Source of the DNA: Octopus vulgaris
Lineage: Eukaryota
DNA length: 64,000 nucleotides
Direction of reading: 5' to 3'
Assembly (NCBI GenBank): GCA_951406725.2
Contig: OX597832.1
Span: 52,080,001-52,144,000, forward strand
The notes under the pieces: generated by a model
The model's input: only the letters and a program-made list of their open reading frames with translations
Told to the model about the DNA's origin: nothing
Databases searched by the model: none
Translations under genes and position numbers: made by a program
Part shown: piece by piece, positions 41,300-55,143 of the stretch
Layout of the letters: every line of letters begins with the position of its first letter
Numbering within the stretch: the first letter of the stretch is position 1

Positions 41300-42478
41300 T
41301 TAACAATTTTTATTTTAAAATAATGTTATATTCTAATTACATAATTAATAATTAGTTTTTTTAATGAGTGAATTTTTTTATTATAGTAAATTTTTAATAT
41401 ATATGCATTTTAATACATAAACAGAATAATAAAAATTAATGTGAAATCTCAAAACATCATAACTTTATTTAAGCTTAATATTTTTAGACGACGTTTTCTC
41501 CCAAAATATTTGTCTCGATAAACTCTTTCCTTTGGGTTCAAGCAATAACATTTTTCTCTCAAAAAGACGAAAGTGTTTTGATTTCTAAAATTTTTCACCG
41601 GTTTTTCTTCGTCACACAACTTTCTTTGTAGCTAATATTGTTTGAAAAGGTTTTTCACCACAAGATACTCCTCATAGCGCCCTTCCATCTGAAATAAACT
41701 CGAACGCAGAATAGCTGTGAAAATAGCTTAGAAGATTGACTAAATACCCTTAGAAAACGGAACAAAAAAAGGGTTAGCAAGCCTCTGCAGAGCGACACTT
41801 AACAGCAAAGACTCTCTTTTATAACGCTAAATATCTTAAAACGACAAAAATATTTTGATCTGTTAAAATGATCACCTTTTTTCGACATTTAAAGTCACAA
41901 CCCCTTCTTTGTATCCAATATTTTTCGACGAGGGTTTCACCATAAGATTCATCTCATAGAGCTCTCTCATTTGAACGCAACTATTGTGTAGTTTTCTTTT
42001 ACAATAGCTAAGATATTTTGATTCAAATTCAATATTTGGGGTTACTTACCAATTTTTACATCACTTAAAGCCGCACTTCTTTTTTCGTAGCTAATATTTT
42101 TTAACGAGGTTTCTTCAAAAGATTCTTCTCAATGAGCACATTCTTTTAAATCCAATTTAAACTCTATACTTGTATTTTAAAATAACAGATATTTCGATTC
42201 AAAGTAATTTTTTCGCTTTACCCTCCCATTTTTGTCCTAACATACTTTTGACCAAACTTTTTTTTACACTGAACTAAATCTCAGTTAAGCAATAATAAAA
42301 CTAACTAAATCTCAGTTATTTTATCTCAAAATGTTGCTTAGAGGTGGACCATCATTGCTAACAAAAAAGCGCATTTAATTTAGTTGAGACTAAACTAGTG
42401 ATTAAGCCTAGAATTGCACGCGTGTAATCAAAAAGTTGTCGTTGAGAATATATTCACCCATTGCTGTGGATGAATGAT
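41300..42478 (+). repeat. AT-rich dispersed repeat, copy 1 (probable non-autonomous DNA element)
   Basis: Colinear with about 46390-48871 once the insertions there are removed; three internal sub-repeats resembling GGTTTTCACCATAAGATTC.TCTCATAGAGC. Confidence 0.8.
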
Positions 42479-42988
42479 TAAACGTCTTGTAAAGACCTTA
42501 TTCTCAGAAGAATAGAAAAGGGAAAACAAAGAAAGAAACGGCAAATCACTATGCGTATTGTTCTTAAGGTAACATCAGACACAATTCCGGAGATGCTAGA
42601 AAAGATTACCTCGTCTTTATCTCCAGAAACTGACGAGGAACACGAAGTTGTCTCTTTCCCCGGCGAAAACCATCATTGATGGCGAGGAGGAGATAGAACG
42701 AGTGAGTGGCTGACAGCAGCAATGACAACTGAGATCCAGCGGAAGCGGTCGATACTGAAGTCCTCTCCAAAAGTACGACCTCATGTAACTGCGAAGACGA
42801 GAACCAGCTAGAGGCTAACGGAAGTGAGTTGGCAAAAATTGGAAGGAAATAAAAATCAAAGCTGAGAAGACATTTTCTATCAGATTTCTTTATCTATTAT
42901 CTGTAATTATTGTTTTTTTTAACAAATTTCTAACTTATCTTCCATATATCGTACAATGTTATTGCCCCTCCCCTTGTTATAAATATGG

Positions 42989-43672
42989 GGATCTTTTCGG
43001 TTTGAACGGCAGTTTTTTTCTAGCGGTGTCATATGAAATTATCACCCATAATTATGACCCTAGAATCGATCTATTGCATTTCAATCTCTTTTAGGGTTAG
43101 GGTTAGTTAGGGTTAGGGTTAGGGGTGGGGGAATGGTATCTTTTTTTTATTCACAAATGTAAATAAACCCAATCTGTTTCTTAAACGAGGGACATATTCA
43201 TACGGCACAGAATGTTGTTTACCTCAATAGACGTCACAGATTGGTTGAAATTGCAGAAATTGAAGAAAAAAAACAACAAATATCTTACAAACTATAGAAT
43301 TTTCTCAGTAAAGCCGAGAGAAAAAGATGTTTTATAAACACATTCTACCAGTATACGAAGTTTAAACGTGTTTAGTCACGTGGAAATTATTTTAAAAACC
43401 TGCCGGTCAAACCGAAAAGATCCTATATTGGAATTCGTTGTGAAAAAGAAAAATTCCGTGCGCAAAGAGAGGAGTTTCGGAAAATTCACATGAATCGGTT
43501 TCGTTTCCTGATAACTTTTTTTTTTAAATGAATATTTCTGAATGAAATTTTCTACATGTATCTTTCAGAGAAAAATATGTTTTATAAACACGTTCTACCA
43601 GTATACGAAGTTTAAGATTCTTTAGTTACGTAGAAATTATGTTAAAAACTGCCGTTCAAACCGAAAAGATCC
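42989..43672 (+). mobile_element. Composite TTAGGG-MITE with two right ends
   Basis: Full MITE 42989-43423, then a foreign segment, then a second right end to 43672. Outer flanks AAATATGG/TAATATGG. Confidence 0.85.
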
Positions 43673-45300
43673 TAATATGGCTTGTTTGTTTACGTCAAAC
43701 ATATTTGTGAACCTCGAACATTTTGTACGAATGTGTCTTTTGACTGCCAGAATTGCAAGAACAACAGAGAAAATGCCTAGTGGTATTTCTTCCACCTCTT
43801 TACGCTAAGAGTTCGAATCACACCGAAATCAACTTTATATTTCTATATTTCATCCTTCCGGGGTTGGTGAGATAATTTCTAAGGTTGATGGCATCGACTA
43901 AGCCCCTACCCTCAAAACTATGATGAACAAAAACAAACATAACCCAAGCGCCAAGCTGGCAGAATTGTTACAGACGTTGGAAAAATGTTTTGTGATATTT
44001 CTGCCAGCTGTTTATGGTCTGTGTTCAAATCGCACCGAAGTCGACTTCGCTTTTTATCCTTTCCGATAAAAGAAAGTATCAGTCAAGTACAGGGTCAATG
44101 TAATCGACTAACCTCCTTCTGCCTCAAAATCGCTAGCCTTATGCTAAAATTTCGAACCTTTATTATTATCATTATCAAAATCAGTGGAGTGTTGGACAAA
44201 ATACCTTGAGACATTCAGTTACGTTTCTTTACCTAATGAGTTATTGCTTTCCCCTTTTTAAGAGTCAATAAAATACAATGGTTTCAAATATTGTCACAGA
44301 ACCGGGAACTTTAAAGGAGATTACATCGACCCCACTGTTCTACTGGTACTCATTCAAACGAGAGGATGGAAGCAAAGTCTACCTTCGCAGAATTTGAACC
44401 CAGGAAATGTCACTAACTCGCTAACGTTTCTTATTTATTTATTACCCACAGGGGGCTAAACATAGAGGAAAAAACAAGGACAGACATAGGGATTTAGTCG
44501 ATTACATCGACCCCAGTGCGTAACTGGTACTTAATTTATCGACCCCGAAAGGATGAAAGGCAAAGTCGACCTCGATTATATCGACCCCAATCCGTAAATG
44601 GTACTTAATTTATCGACCCCGACAGGATGAAAGGTCAAGTCGACCTCGGCGGAATTTGAACTCAGAGCGTAACGGCAGACGAAATACCGCTAAGCATTTC
44701 GCCCGGCGTGCTAACGTTTCTGCCAGCTCGCCGCCGTATGGGGTCGATGAACTATAATACCAATGAAAATATGCACGTAGATTTAAACTTCTCTAGCCCT
44801 TCCTCAAAATTGTGGTTTTGCTATTACTTTAGAAATCATTATTATATGAAAAGAAAGGGAAATGGGAAATAGCTTCGTAGAGTTAGAACACAAAAGGTGA
44901 TACATATGGTTTGTAATACTTAGATTCCGGAAGTTGTATGAAAAAGTGATGTACCTTCCAAACCCATTTCTATTGTCTACAGCTTAGTTTTCAGAAACCT
45001 GTTTGTTTGTTATTTTTCTTTCGTTGTTGTTGTTTTTTCTTTCAAAAACATTAGTAAAATCGCTTATAGGTTGATTTATGAAACATCCGGCTTTGTAAAT
45101 GGAAGAGAAATTCAAGCCCGACTCGTTTTAACATTCATCTCACATTTATTTTACTCCTGACTTCCCGTAAGTCGACAAAGCAAAACAAGTAAAACAGTTC
45201 GGAACTTTGTTTTTATTATGAACGGTTTTCCCCCCAATTTCATCTTCATAACTTAAAGAATCCGATAAAATAAACGGGAAAAAACCCAAAATTATTGAAA

Positions 45301-45457
45301 GGCGTGACTGTGTGGTAAGAGATTTGCTTCTCAACCACATGGTTCTGGAATCAGTCCCACTGCGTGACACCTTGGGCAACTGTCTTCTACTATAGTCTCG
45401 GGGCCAAACAAAGCCATGTGAGTGAATTTGGTAGATGGAAACTGAAAGAAGCCCATC

Positions 45458-45503
<46 letters not shown>

Positions 45504-45775
45504 AGGTGCAATGGCCCAGTGATTAGCGGACTCGCGGTTGTAGGATCACGGTTTCGATTTCTAGACCGGGCGTTGTGAGTGTTTATTGAGCAAAAACACC
45601 TAAAGCTCCACGAGGCTCCCACAGGGGGTGGTGGCGACCTCTGCTGTACTCTTTCGCCACAATTTTCTCTCACTCTTTCTTCTGTTGGCCTGTGCGCTTA
45701 GCCAGCGGGTTGGCGTCATTTGAAGGCTAAAACAATGCGAAGCGCATTGTGACCAGCGATGTGTAGCAACATCGG
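45301..45775 (+). mobile_element. SINE A 5' half followed by a SINE C-headed variant with a different tail
   Basis: Family A head at 45301-45460. From 45504, a family C head joined to a tail also seen reversed at about 20550-20660. Confidence 0.75.
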
Positions 45776-45801
45776 TCACGGTGATCACGGTGATATATAT
45801 A

Positions 45802-46001
45802 GGCGTAACTTCGGTATAGGTACCGGAAGTACTGGCTACATTTCAGGAAAGTGTTTTTTTTATATATATATATATGGGGGGTTAGGGTTAAGGTTTGTGT
45901 TAGAGTTAGGGTTAGAGGTGGGAGAAAAGGGTTTCTGTTATCTTCAGAAATGTAAACAAAGCCACTTCGGGTACTTACGGTACCTATACCGAAGGATCGC
46001 C
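45802..46001 (+). mobile_element. Related short MITE with different TIRs
   Basis: TIR GGCG(TAA/ATC)CTTCGGTATAGGTACCG; shares the internal GGGTTAGGGTT...TCTTCAGAAATGTAAA block with the main MITE family. Confidence 0.7.
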
Positions 46002-46834
46002 AATACATATACAAATGCATATGCTTTGTGTGTTTTCTTATGGCTGCAATAGCGTAGCGGAGTAAATAAGCTCTCACGTCGTCGGTGTCAAAACACCTTA
46101 GTCATGGACAGGCGAGATAACTCACCCTGAATCCCATTTGGGTGTGATGGACATCGATATTTCGCCATTTTTGTGGCTTGTCAGCATCACACACCTGTAT
46201 GGGTTGAAGGCAAATCCCCTAGCCAGTCCACGACTTATATGCTCATGGCTTGTAAAATCATGAGCTGGTATGCCAGGAAATTGCATACCTACATATGAAT
46301 TAAAAGCAGCTTTTATTTCCGTGGCTTTAAGTGATGTAAAATTTGGAAAGTAACCCCAAATATTAACTTTGAATAAATATATTTTTAAGCAATTTTTATT
46401 ATAAAAATAATATTATATTCTAATTAGATAATTAATAATAATCTTTTTTAACGAGTGAAATTTTATATTTTGACTTATAATAATGAAATTATTGTATACA
46501 GTGCTCAGGTGCACCACAACTTGTCAGAAAGTGCATATAAAGTACATGCAGTAATGTAGAAATGTCTGGAAAGCGAACAATGTATGAGTCAGATACATGC
46601 TTGTGTGTGTATGGAGGGGAGAAAATCAAGTGTAGTGTTGGCGAATCTCAGGAAGCATGGAAGTTTTGAAGGATGCAGTGCTCCGACAACTAACAACTGA
46701 TGCCGGCAGTTTGTTCCATGCTTCAGCAACTCTCAGCGTGAAAAAATATTTCCTGAAGTCATGGGAGCTGTGCTGTTTAGAGATAACTTGTTTTTAATGT
46801 GTACATATTTTAATACATAAACAGAATAATAAAA

Positions 46835-47171
46835 CAATTGCTGCGTGGAAGGTGTTTATAAGCCATTTAAGAAACACACAAAATCCGTTAGATTCACTTC
46901 AGCATTTAAATTTAATTCGACAAAATATTTTCGTCGCTTTGAGACCACGACCTGTTCACTGACAAAATTCCGTGCTGCATAATTTTGTCAGAGAACAGGT
47001 CGTAGTTTCAAAGCGACGAAAATATTTTGACAAATTAAATTTAAATGTTGAAGTGAATCGAACGGATTTTGTGTGTTTCTTAAATGGCTTATAAACAGCT
47101 TCCACGCTGAAATTTGTTTTCGTTCCAGCACACGATCTCAGATCAGGTCACTTGCTATGCAAGTACATCTC
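46835..47171. mobile_element. Fold-back insertion (arms about 135 bp) with a 13-bp TSD
   Basis: Inverted arms about 46835-46969 and 46981-47116; TSD CAGAATAATAAAA at 46822-46834 and 47172-47184; absent from the paralogous site near 41422. Confidence 0.88.
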
Positions 47172-47801
47172 CAGAATAATAAAAATTAATATGAAATCTC
47201 AAAACAAAAAAAAAAAAGCATTTTTTATGTTTAATATTTTTGGACTAGGTTTTCTCCCAAAATATTCGTCTCGATACACTCTTTCATTTGAGTTCAAGCA
47301 ATATTAGTTTTATCTCAAAAAGTCGAAAATGTTTTGATTCTTAAAAATTACCACCATTTTTTCTTTGTCACCAAACTCTCTTTGCCGCCAATATTTTTTG
47401 AAAAGGCTTTCACCATAAGATTCTTTTCATAAAGCTCTACCTTCTGAAGTAAACTAGAACGCAGAATAGCTGTGAAAACAGCTTAGAAAATTAGTTAAAT
47501 ACCCTTAGAAAACGAGGCCAGCAAGAAGCTACAGAGAATAGAAACCCATACTTCTCAAACTCCAAGTTAGGTGCTCTTTGATATTAAGCTAAGCAACCCA
47601 AGACATCTTATGCTGTCTTTTATAAGGCTAAAAAGCTTAAAATGACAAAAATATTTTGATTTAAAATTATCACCATTTTCGTCACTTAAATCCACACCAT
47701 TTTTTTGTTTTGTAACAAATATTTTTTGGTGAGGTTTTCACCATAAGATTCATCTCATAGAGCTCTTTCATTTGAACACAACTACTGTATAGTTTTCTTT
47801 C

Positions 47802-48189
47802 GTGGAGGCGCAATGGCCCAGTGGTTAGGGCAGCGGACTCGCGGTCATAGGATCGCGGTTTCGATTCCCAGACCGGGCGTTGTGAGTGTTTATTGAGCGA
47901 AAACACCTAAAGCTCCACGAGGCTCCGGCAGGGGATGGTGGTGATCCCTGCTGTACTCTTTCACCACAACTTTCTCTCACTCTTACTTCCTGTTTCTGTT
48001 GTACCTGTATTTCACAGGGCCGGCCTTGTCACTCTTTGTGTCACGCTGAATATCCCCGAGAACTACGTTAAGGGTACACGTGTCTGTGGAGTGCTCAGCC
48101 ACTTACACGTTAATTTCACGAGCAGGCTGTTCCGTTGATTCGGATCAACCGGAACCCTCGTCGTCGAAACCGACGGAGTGCTTCCATCC
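47802..48189 (+). mobile_element. SINE family C, full length
   Basis: TSD ATAGTTTTCTTT; the empty site is visible in the paralogous repeat near 41990. Confidence 0.92.
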
Positions 48190-49564
48190 ATAGTTTTCTT
48201 TTACAATAGCTGAGATATTTTGATTCAACGTCAATATTTGGGGTTACTAAGGCGGCGAGCTGGTAAAATTGTTAGCATGCCGTACAGAATGCTTGATAGC
48301 ATTTCGTCCGCCTTTACGTTCTGAGTTCAAATTCTGCTGCGGTCAACTTTGCCTTTCAATGTTTTCGGGGTTGATAAAAATAAATACCAGTTGAGTACTA
48401 GGGTCGATGTAATTGACTTACCACCTCTCTTGCACTTGCTGGCCTTGTGCCAAAATTTAAAACAAAAAATCGAAACCAATATTGCTGACCCTTAAAGCTA
48501 CGCGGCTTGTTTTGTAACTAATACTTTTTTAATGAGGTTTTCATCAAGAGATTCTTCTCAATGAACACATTTTTAAAAAATCCAATTAATCTATACTTTT
48601 TCTTTTGAAAGATATTTTTATTGAAAGTCAATTTTTCGCCTTACCCTCTCATTTTCACCTCATATATTTTGATATGACTTATTTTTAATGAACCAAATTC
48701 CAATTATTTTATTTCAAAATGTTGCTTTGAGGTGCAGCATCATTGCTGAGAGAGAAAAAAGCGCATTTAATTTGGTTGAAAACTGAATTAGTGATTACAC
48801 CTAGAACTGCACGCGTGTAAATAAAAGTTGGCGTTAAGAATATATTCCACCCACGGCAGTGGGTGAATGGTACACACGCACACAAGCATATATATATATA
48901 TATATATATATACGTTTAAATATTTGTTGTGCAAGATTTTTTATGTGAAGTCGTGTGTTGAAACAGATATTGTTATATTTCGGAATGGTCATATTGCCAG
49001 TTTAGCCAATAAAAACACACGCACTATATATTTGGTGTTATTTTGCTTCAGTGTTATTTATTTTTTACATTAATCTTAATCTTATTTCGGCCAGAGTTCT
49101 TTCGTCACACTCCTGTGACCGCATCAGTGGTCCTTTGTTTTCTTCTTTCTTATTTGTGTCTCTCCTTACTAACCGTCAGCCATTTTGTATTTCTATTGTA
49201 TGTCTTCATTTGCGCATGCTTATATCTCTATGTGCGTCTATGTTTATTTAGTGTGTGTATGTGGGGGCATGCCTGTAATATTTGTATCTTCTGTTTATAT
49301 ATGTTCATGTAATTTGTATTTTGTATTTTGTTTTTGTTGTTTTTGTTTATTCTTATTTTGTTCACGTGTTTACATCCACTTATTATTATCATTACATATG
49401 CTTGTATGTATGTATGTATGTATGTATGTATGTATAACAACAATACTAGTAATAATAATAATAAATCGAATCGAAAAATATATATATATATATATATATA
49501 TAGTTATTTATTTCTATTAGTTTATTTATCTGTGTATTTATTATGTTTTCAGGATCCTCTATCG

Positions 49565-50290
49565 TCATATGTTGTGGTGTGTGTTAGTGCTCCATTCTAG
49601 TTTTCTATTCAGGCTAGGTTTATTTTCTATTATGTGTGTAGCTTCTGTAATTTGTCTAATTGTTGCATCTGATCTATGTGTGGATAATATATTAATTTCT
49701 ATGTTATTGATTGATCGCCCGTGTTCCTGTTCGACGTGTTGGTACCGAATCGATGAGCTTTTACCTTCCTTGAGTTGTCTCCAATGCTCATTTACCCGCT
49801 CTCCTATGCTTCTTGCCGTTTCCCCTACGTATGTCGTTGTCTTGTTACTGCATCGTCCCTCTATACATCTTATACTATAGACTACATTTCTGGCTTTACA
49901 GTTTGTTTGTGGGCTAAATCTACATACAGTACAGTACTTATCTGTACAGGGGGTTCTACTAAAAGGATAGGTTCTACCAATTATAGATTTGATAGGGTTT
50001 TGTATACAAAGGAGCCATGATGAAATTTGATAATATATTATGTAATGATAGGAATGGGATTTGCTCACTCTATAGGAACAAGTCATGGAACACTATAGAA
50101 AGGACAAAAAAGAAAATAGGGAAGGCCAACTCTTGGTATGATAGCCATAAATACCAGAGTGTCATGTTCGTTGACACCACCCCTGAAGGACCCTAGACAA
50201 ACTTAAGCTAAGAATTAAGGTTGTTGAAAAGCCAGGCAACCCTATCAAATCTATAATTGGTAGAACCTATCCTTTTAGTAGAACCCCTTG
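49565..50290 (-). mobile_element. Penelope-like element GIY-YIG endonuclease remnant with an inverted 5' segment
   Basis: NVVYSIRC...YVGETARSIGERVNEH...H...H...EATHI...PSLNRK. About 49948-49999 is inverted at about 50239-50288. Confidence 0.88.
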
Positions 50291-50695
50291 GATGGTTTAC
50301 CCATTGAGCTTTATCTTCATATGCCAGATTTGCGAATGTCTATCACAACTGGCATCAAAACGTGAGAATTCCCTGTGTTGTGAGCTGTAGCGTGATGGTG
50401 CTGCTGAAAAAGAACCCGAACAAGTGGGACCAACAGATAATTTAGGACCGTATCTCTATTGAACGCAGATTGGTTGGTTTTGGCCAAAGTGTTAGCTAAG
50501 AGGTTGGAGCTTTTCGTTGATAAACTAGTCGGTGACGCTCAGATATGCACTATCCCAAATGGATCAATTTCCGACAACCTCCACCTCACGCGCTACATCG
50601 TAGTGATGGTAGGTAAGGAACTTGGCATGGATGGGGCCCATGTCAATTTGGATCAATCAAAAGCTCTTCATAGGATCGACCACTAATACTTGCAA
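50289..50695 (+). mobile_element. Decayed L1/Tx1-like reverse transcriptase fragment
   Basis: DGLP.E.Y, SLLNAD..VLAKVLAKRL, I.DNL, LDQSKA..RIDH. Confidence 0.8.
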
Positions 50696-50915
50696 TCTGT
50701 GAGTGGAACAGTAAAAACATGCAAGACTTTTCTCCAGTTCCAGATGTGACTTTGTCTGTGATAAATACATCCCAAAGATGGAGCCTTGTATCTTTGTTGG
50801 AAACCGGCTCCCTCTTCAGTAGAAGATTTGTAATAAAAATAGAAGATACATACATACATACATACATACATACATACATACATACATACTTACGTACGTA
50901 CGTACATACATACAT

Positions 50916-50948
<33 letters not shown>

Positions 50949-51289
50949 TACATACATACACACACATACTACGTACATACATACATACATACATACATAC
51001 ATACATACATACATACATACATGTGAGGGTACGCGGACCATTGGTTTGTGAGATCACGGTTTCAATTCTGGACCTTTGTGCTCTTGAGTAAAACTCTTCA
51101 TCAGCGATCAATTCGACATCTGACGAGTGGCACACTTGTGCCCCTGTACAGACAATGTTGATATGATGGAAGGGGTGAGCTAGTGAACAGTGCAAACATT
51201 TGATCGCTATAAACATGCCATTGACGCAGGTTATTCATCAAGAAATTGCAGGACCCTCATCCGTCGACCACAACAGGAAAATCCACAAA

Positions 51290-51885
51290 ACACACACACA
51301 CACACACGCACACACACACACACACACACACACGCTCACATGCTCACTCGCGCACATACACATACATGCTCACTCGCGCACATACACACACATGCTCACT
51401 CGCACGCACATACACACTTGCATGCACACACACACACGCACACACACACACACACACACACGCTCACATGCTCATTCGCGCACATACACACACATGCTCA
51501 CTCGCACACATACACACACATGCTCACTCGCACGCACATACACACTTGCATGCACACACACACGCGCACACACACACATGTAGACACATGCACACACACA
51601 CATGTAGACACATGCACACACACACACACACACACGTGTACACACACATGTAGACACATGCACGCACACACACACATACACGCGCGCGCGCGCTCTCACA
51701 TGCTCACTCGTGCACATACACACACATGCTCACTCGCACACACATGCTCACTCGCACACACATACACACTTGCATGCACACACATATGTAGACACACAAA
51801 CGCACACACACATGTAGACACATGCACACACACATGTAGACACATGCACGCACACAAATACACATGCTCAATTGCGCACGCACAC

Positions 51886-51925
<40 letters not shown>
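51290..51925. repeat. Complex CA-rich repeat with recurring ACATGCTCACTCG and CATGTAGACA units
   Basis: Directly visible. Confidence 0.9.
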
Positions 51926-51927
<2 letters not shown>

Positions 51928-52294
51928 AACACGCAATTTAGGAATTGTTAGATAATTCACTTAAAAATGTATTAAGCCCATCTGTACCGCGATGGTCTTC
52001 CATTTAACCATCCCTAAGATTGGGAAACAAAGCGATTTGCACTGAATGTCATGAAATTACTATCAAATTGCAATTAGATTTAAATAATGGACGATAAAAA
52101 CCTAATGAGAACGACAATAATTTACCTGTTTCCCCATAATCCTACTGGAAAGGCTTCTGGCAAAAAGGATTAATTGTACCTATTGATATTTTTCATCGAA
52201 CAACATAAATATTTCTTTTGTATTCCCGTATTTAATTGTTTGTATAAAAAAATAAAGAATACGTTGACCTAAATTGCTAAGAAATTTCTAAATG

Positions 52295-52335
<41 letters not shown>

Positions 52336-52796
52336 GTCCTCAGGAAAGTAAGTTTATTTAGCCAATATATTTAAGCGGTGTGTTTTCTGTAACGTCTGTT
52401 TGTGATTCTCATGAAACACAGCCACTGAAAATGTGTAAAGCTTATATATACACTCACCTAAGTGGATTCTTTCCTAAACTTGCTTTTGGGGTTGTTAAGG
52501 GATACAATTGTTCAAACTGGCTGAGTGCAAAGAAAGATGACCACGTGATATTCTAGTCAAACATTTACGATCTCTTCATCTAGAATTACCTTTTTACAGC
52601 TTGGCAATGCAATTATAAATTCCCCTTTTATTTTAGTAAGGTAAGTTAACTGTCGAATATATTTATGTGCATGTATACATATACATAGTAAATATGAATG
52701 TGTTTGTGTGTGTGTGTGTGTGTGAATGTATATGTATGTATTCATATACATGTGAGTGCGTGAGTGTGTACACATATAAATATATATGTATGTATG

Positions 52797-52828
<32 letters not shown>

Positions 52829-53038
52829 TATATACACGCATACGTATGTATACATACATACATACATACATACATACATACATACATACATACATACATA
52901 CATACATACATACATACGTACGTACGTACGTACATACATATATATAATACACTCACACAATAATTTATATATTGATATTAATACACATATGTAAGTATGT
53001 ATATCTATAATTGTCTATCTATATCTATCTATCTGTAT

Positions 53039-53112
<74 letters not shown>

Positions 53113-53637
53113 GCATTGATATATTGATACTTAAATAACGACGATCGATGATGAGTATGACATGCTAAACTTTAGAAAGTCTTGCATATTTGTGCTATTC
53201 CGCTTACACATTATACTTGTAAAGTGTGTCAGCTTTTCACTTTCTTTTCTTTGCTTAAATCCCAATTTTCCGAATTGTTACTTAAGTATTTATTTACGTA
53301 ACAAAATAGCTCAATAATTATTGAATATGGATTTGTTATCGAGGGAGAGAAGCTGCAGATTTGGAATCAGCCAACAATACATATTCTCCTTCTCACTGAT
53401 TGTAGAAGAGGTGGCCACACCTTCAAGACAGCTAAGCTCCATGACTATCCACGATTTTTCTTTTTTCAGTCCCCGATAACTATATCGGATATGTTATATT
53501 TACTTACACTCAACAGAAGTTTTGATGTGAAAGTTCCTTTAATATTCCTTGTACTGATATGTATGAATGCATTCAAAACGGAATTTTTTTTGTATCTATC
53601 TTAGAGTAGTCTTTCTTTTTGATGGCATTACATATTA

Positions 53638-54058
53638 GGATCTTTTCGGTTTGAACGGCAGTTTTTTCTAGCGGTGTCATATGAAATTGTCACCCATAAT
53701 TATGACCCTAGTATCGATCTATTGCATTTCAATCTGTTTTAGGGTTAGGGTTAGTTAGGGGTGGGGGGAAGGATATCTTTTTTTCTTCACAAATGTAAAT
53801 AAACCCAATCTGTTTCTTAAACGAGGGACATATTCATACGGCACAGAATGTTTTCACCTCAAGAGACGGTCATTGATTGGTTGAAATTGCAGAAATTGAA
53901 GAAAAAAAACAACAAATATCTTACAAACTATAGAATTTTCTAAATAAAGCCAAGAGAAAAAGATGTTTTATAAACACATTCTACCAGTATACGAAGTTTA
54001 AAATTTTTTAGTTACCTAAAAATTATGTTAAAAACTGCCGTTCAAACCGAAAAGATCC
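53638..54058 (+). mobile_element. TTAGGG-containing MITE, 8-bp TSD
   Basis: Same TIRs; flanks ACATATTA/ACATATTT. Confidence 0.9.
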
Positions 54059-54727
54059 ACATATTTTAGCAACAGCAAACATGACACAATGGAAAAAATG
54101 TTTTGATGACTTTTGGCGGGAAACTAATTGTCATGTGCAAGATGTCTTCAGTTACATCTTGGAAGTTTAAGAGTACTCAGTCTGTTTTTGTTCATTAGGT
54201 GTTTCGTAGTTCTGTCCTACTTTAGGTCTACAAAAGCATAACCTTCAAGATGCGATGTGGTATAATGATTACGAGTCCAAGAGAAGCTATTTAGGTTAAT
54301 ATTATCATCCTTAAAACGTCGAGCCGGCACGCCGGGTGAAATACTTCACGTTCTGAGTTCAAATTCCGCCGAGGTCGATTTTTGCCTTTCATCCTTTGGG
54401 GCGTCGATAAAATAAGTACCAGTTAAACACTGGGGTCGAAGTAATCGACTTACCCCTCTCCGGAACTTACTGGCCTTGTACCAAAATTTGAAATCAATAT
54501 TGCCATCGTCCTTATACATAGTCGTATTGTGATATGTCACGTATTACTTTCCGGATTTCACTATTGATCTATGCGATGTCGTTCTCATAACTTTTGAGCA
54601 CTTGGTTAATATTTCATACGACACACAAAGGATCTTTTCTTCTGACATGAAGTCTGTCAGTACAAAGAATGCATCAAATTATTTGCTTAAATAAGTATAA
54701 GTGCAGTCAATGAATAATGTATGTAAG

Positions 54728-54808
<81 letters not shown>

Positions 54809-54813
54809 GTCTG

Positions 54814-54889
<76 letters not shown>

Positions 54890-54937
54890 TCTGTCTGTCT
54901 ATCTATCTATCTGTCTGTCTATCTATCCGTCTATCTA

Positions 54938-54969
<32 letters not shown>

Positions 54970-54972
54970 TCC

Positions 54973-55036
<64 letters not shown>

Positions 55037-55093
55037 GTCAGTCTATCTATCTGTCTGTCTATCTATCAGTCTATCTATTCTATCTATCTATCA

Positions 55094-55141
<48 letters not shown>

Positions 55142-55143
55142 AT
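54728..55143. repeat. (TATC)n/(TGTC)n microsatellite
   Basis: Directly visible. Confidence 0.97.

Larger units (their letters stand above)
46390..48871 (+). repeat. AT-rich dispersed repeat, copy 2, with four nested insertions
   Basis: Contains a LINE tail (about 46495-46780, FFTLRVAEAWNKLP on the minus strand), a fold-back element, SINE C and SINE B. Ends with hairpin CACCCAC-GGCA-GTGGGTG. Confidence 0.8.

Noticed and set aside
51190-51951. His/Thr-rich 253-aa ORF (possible histidine-rich beak protein)
   Set aside because: Derived from CA-rich repeats that are open in several frames; no signal peptide or Gly/His beak-protein motifs.
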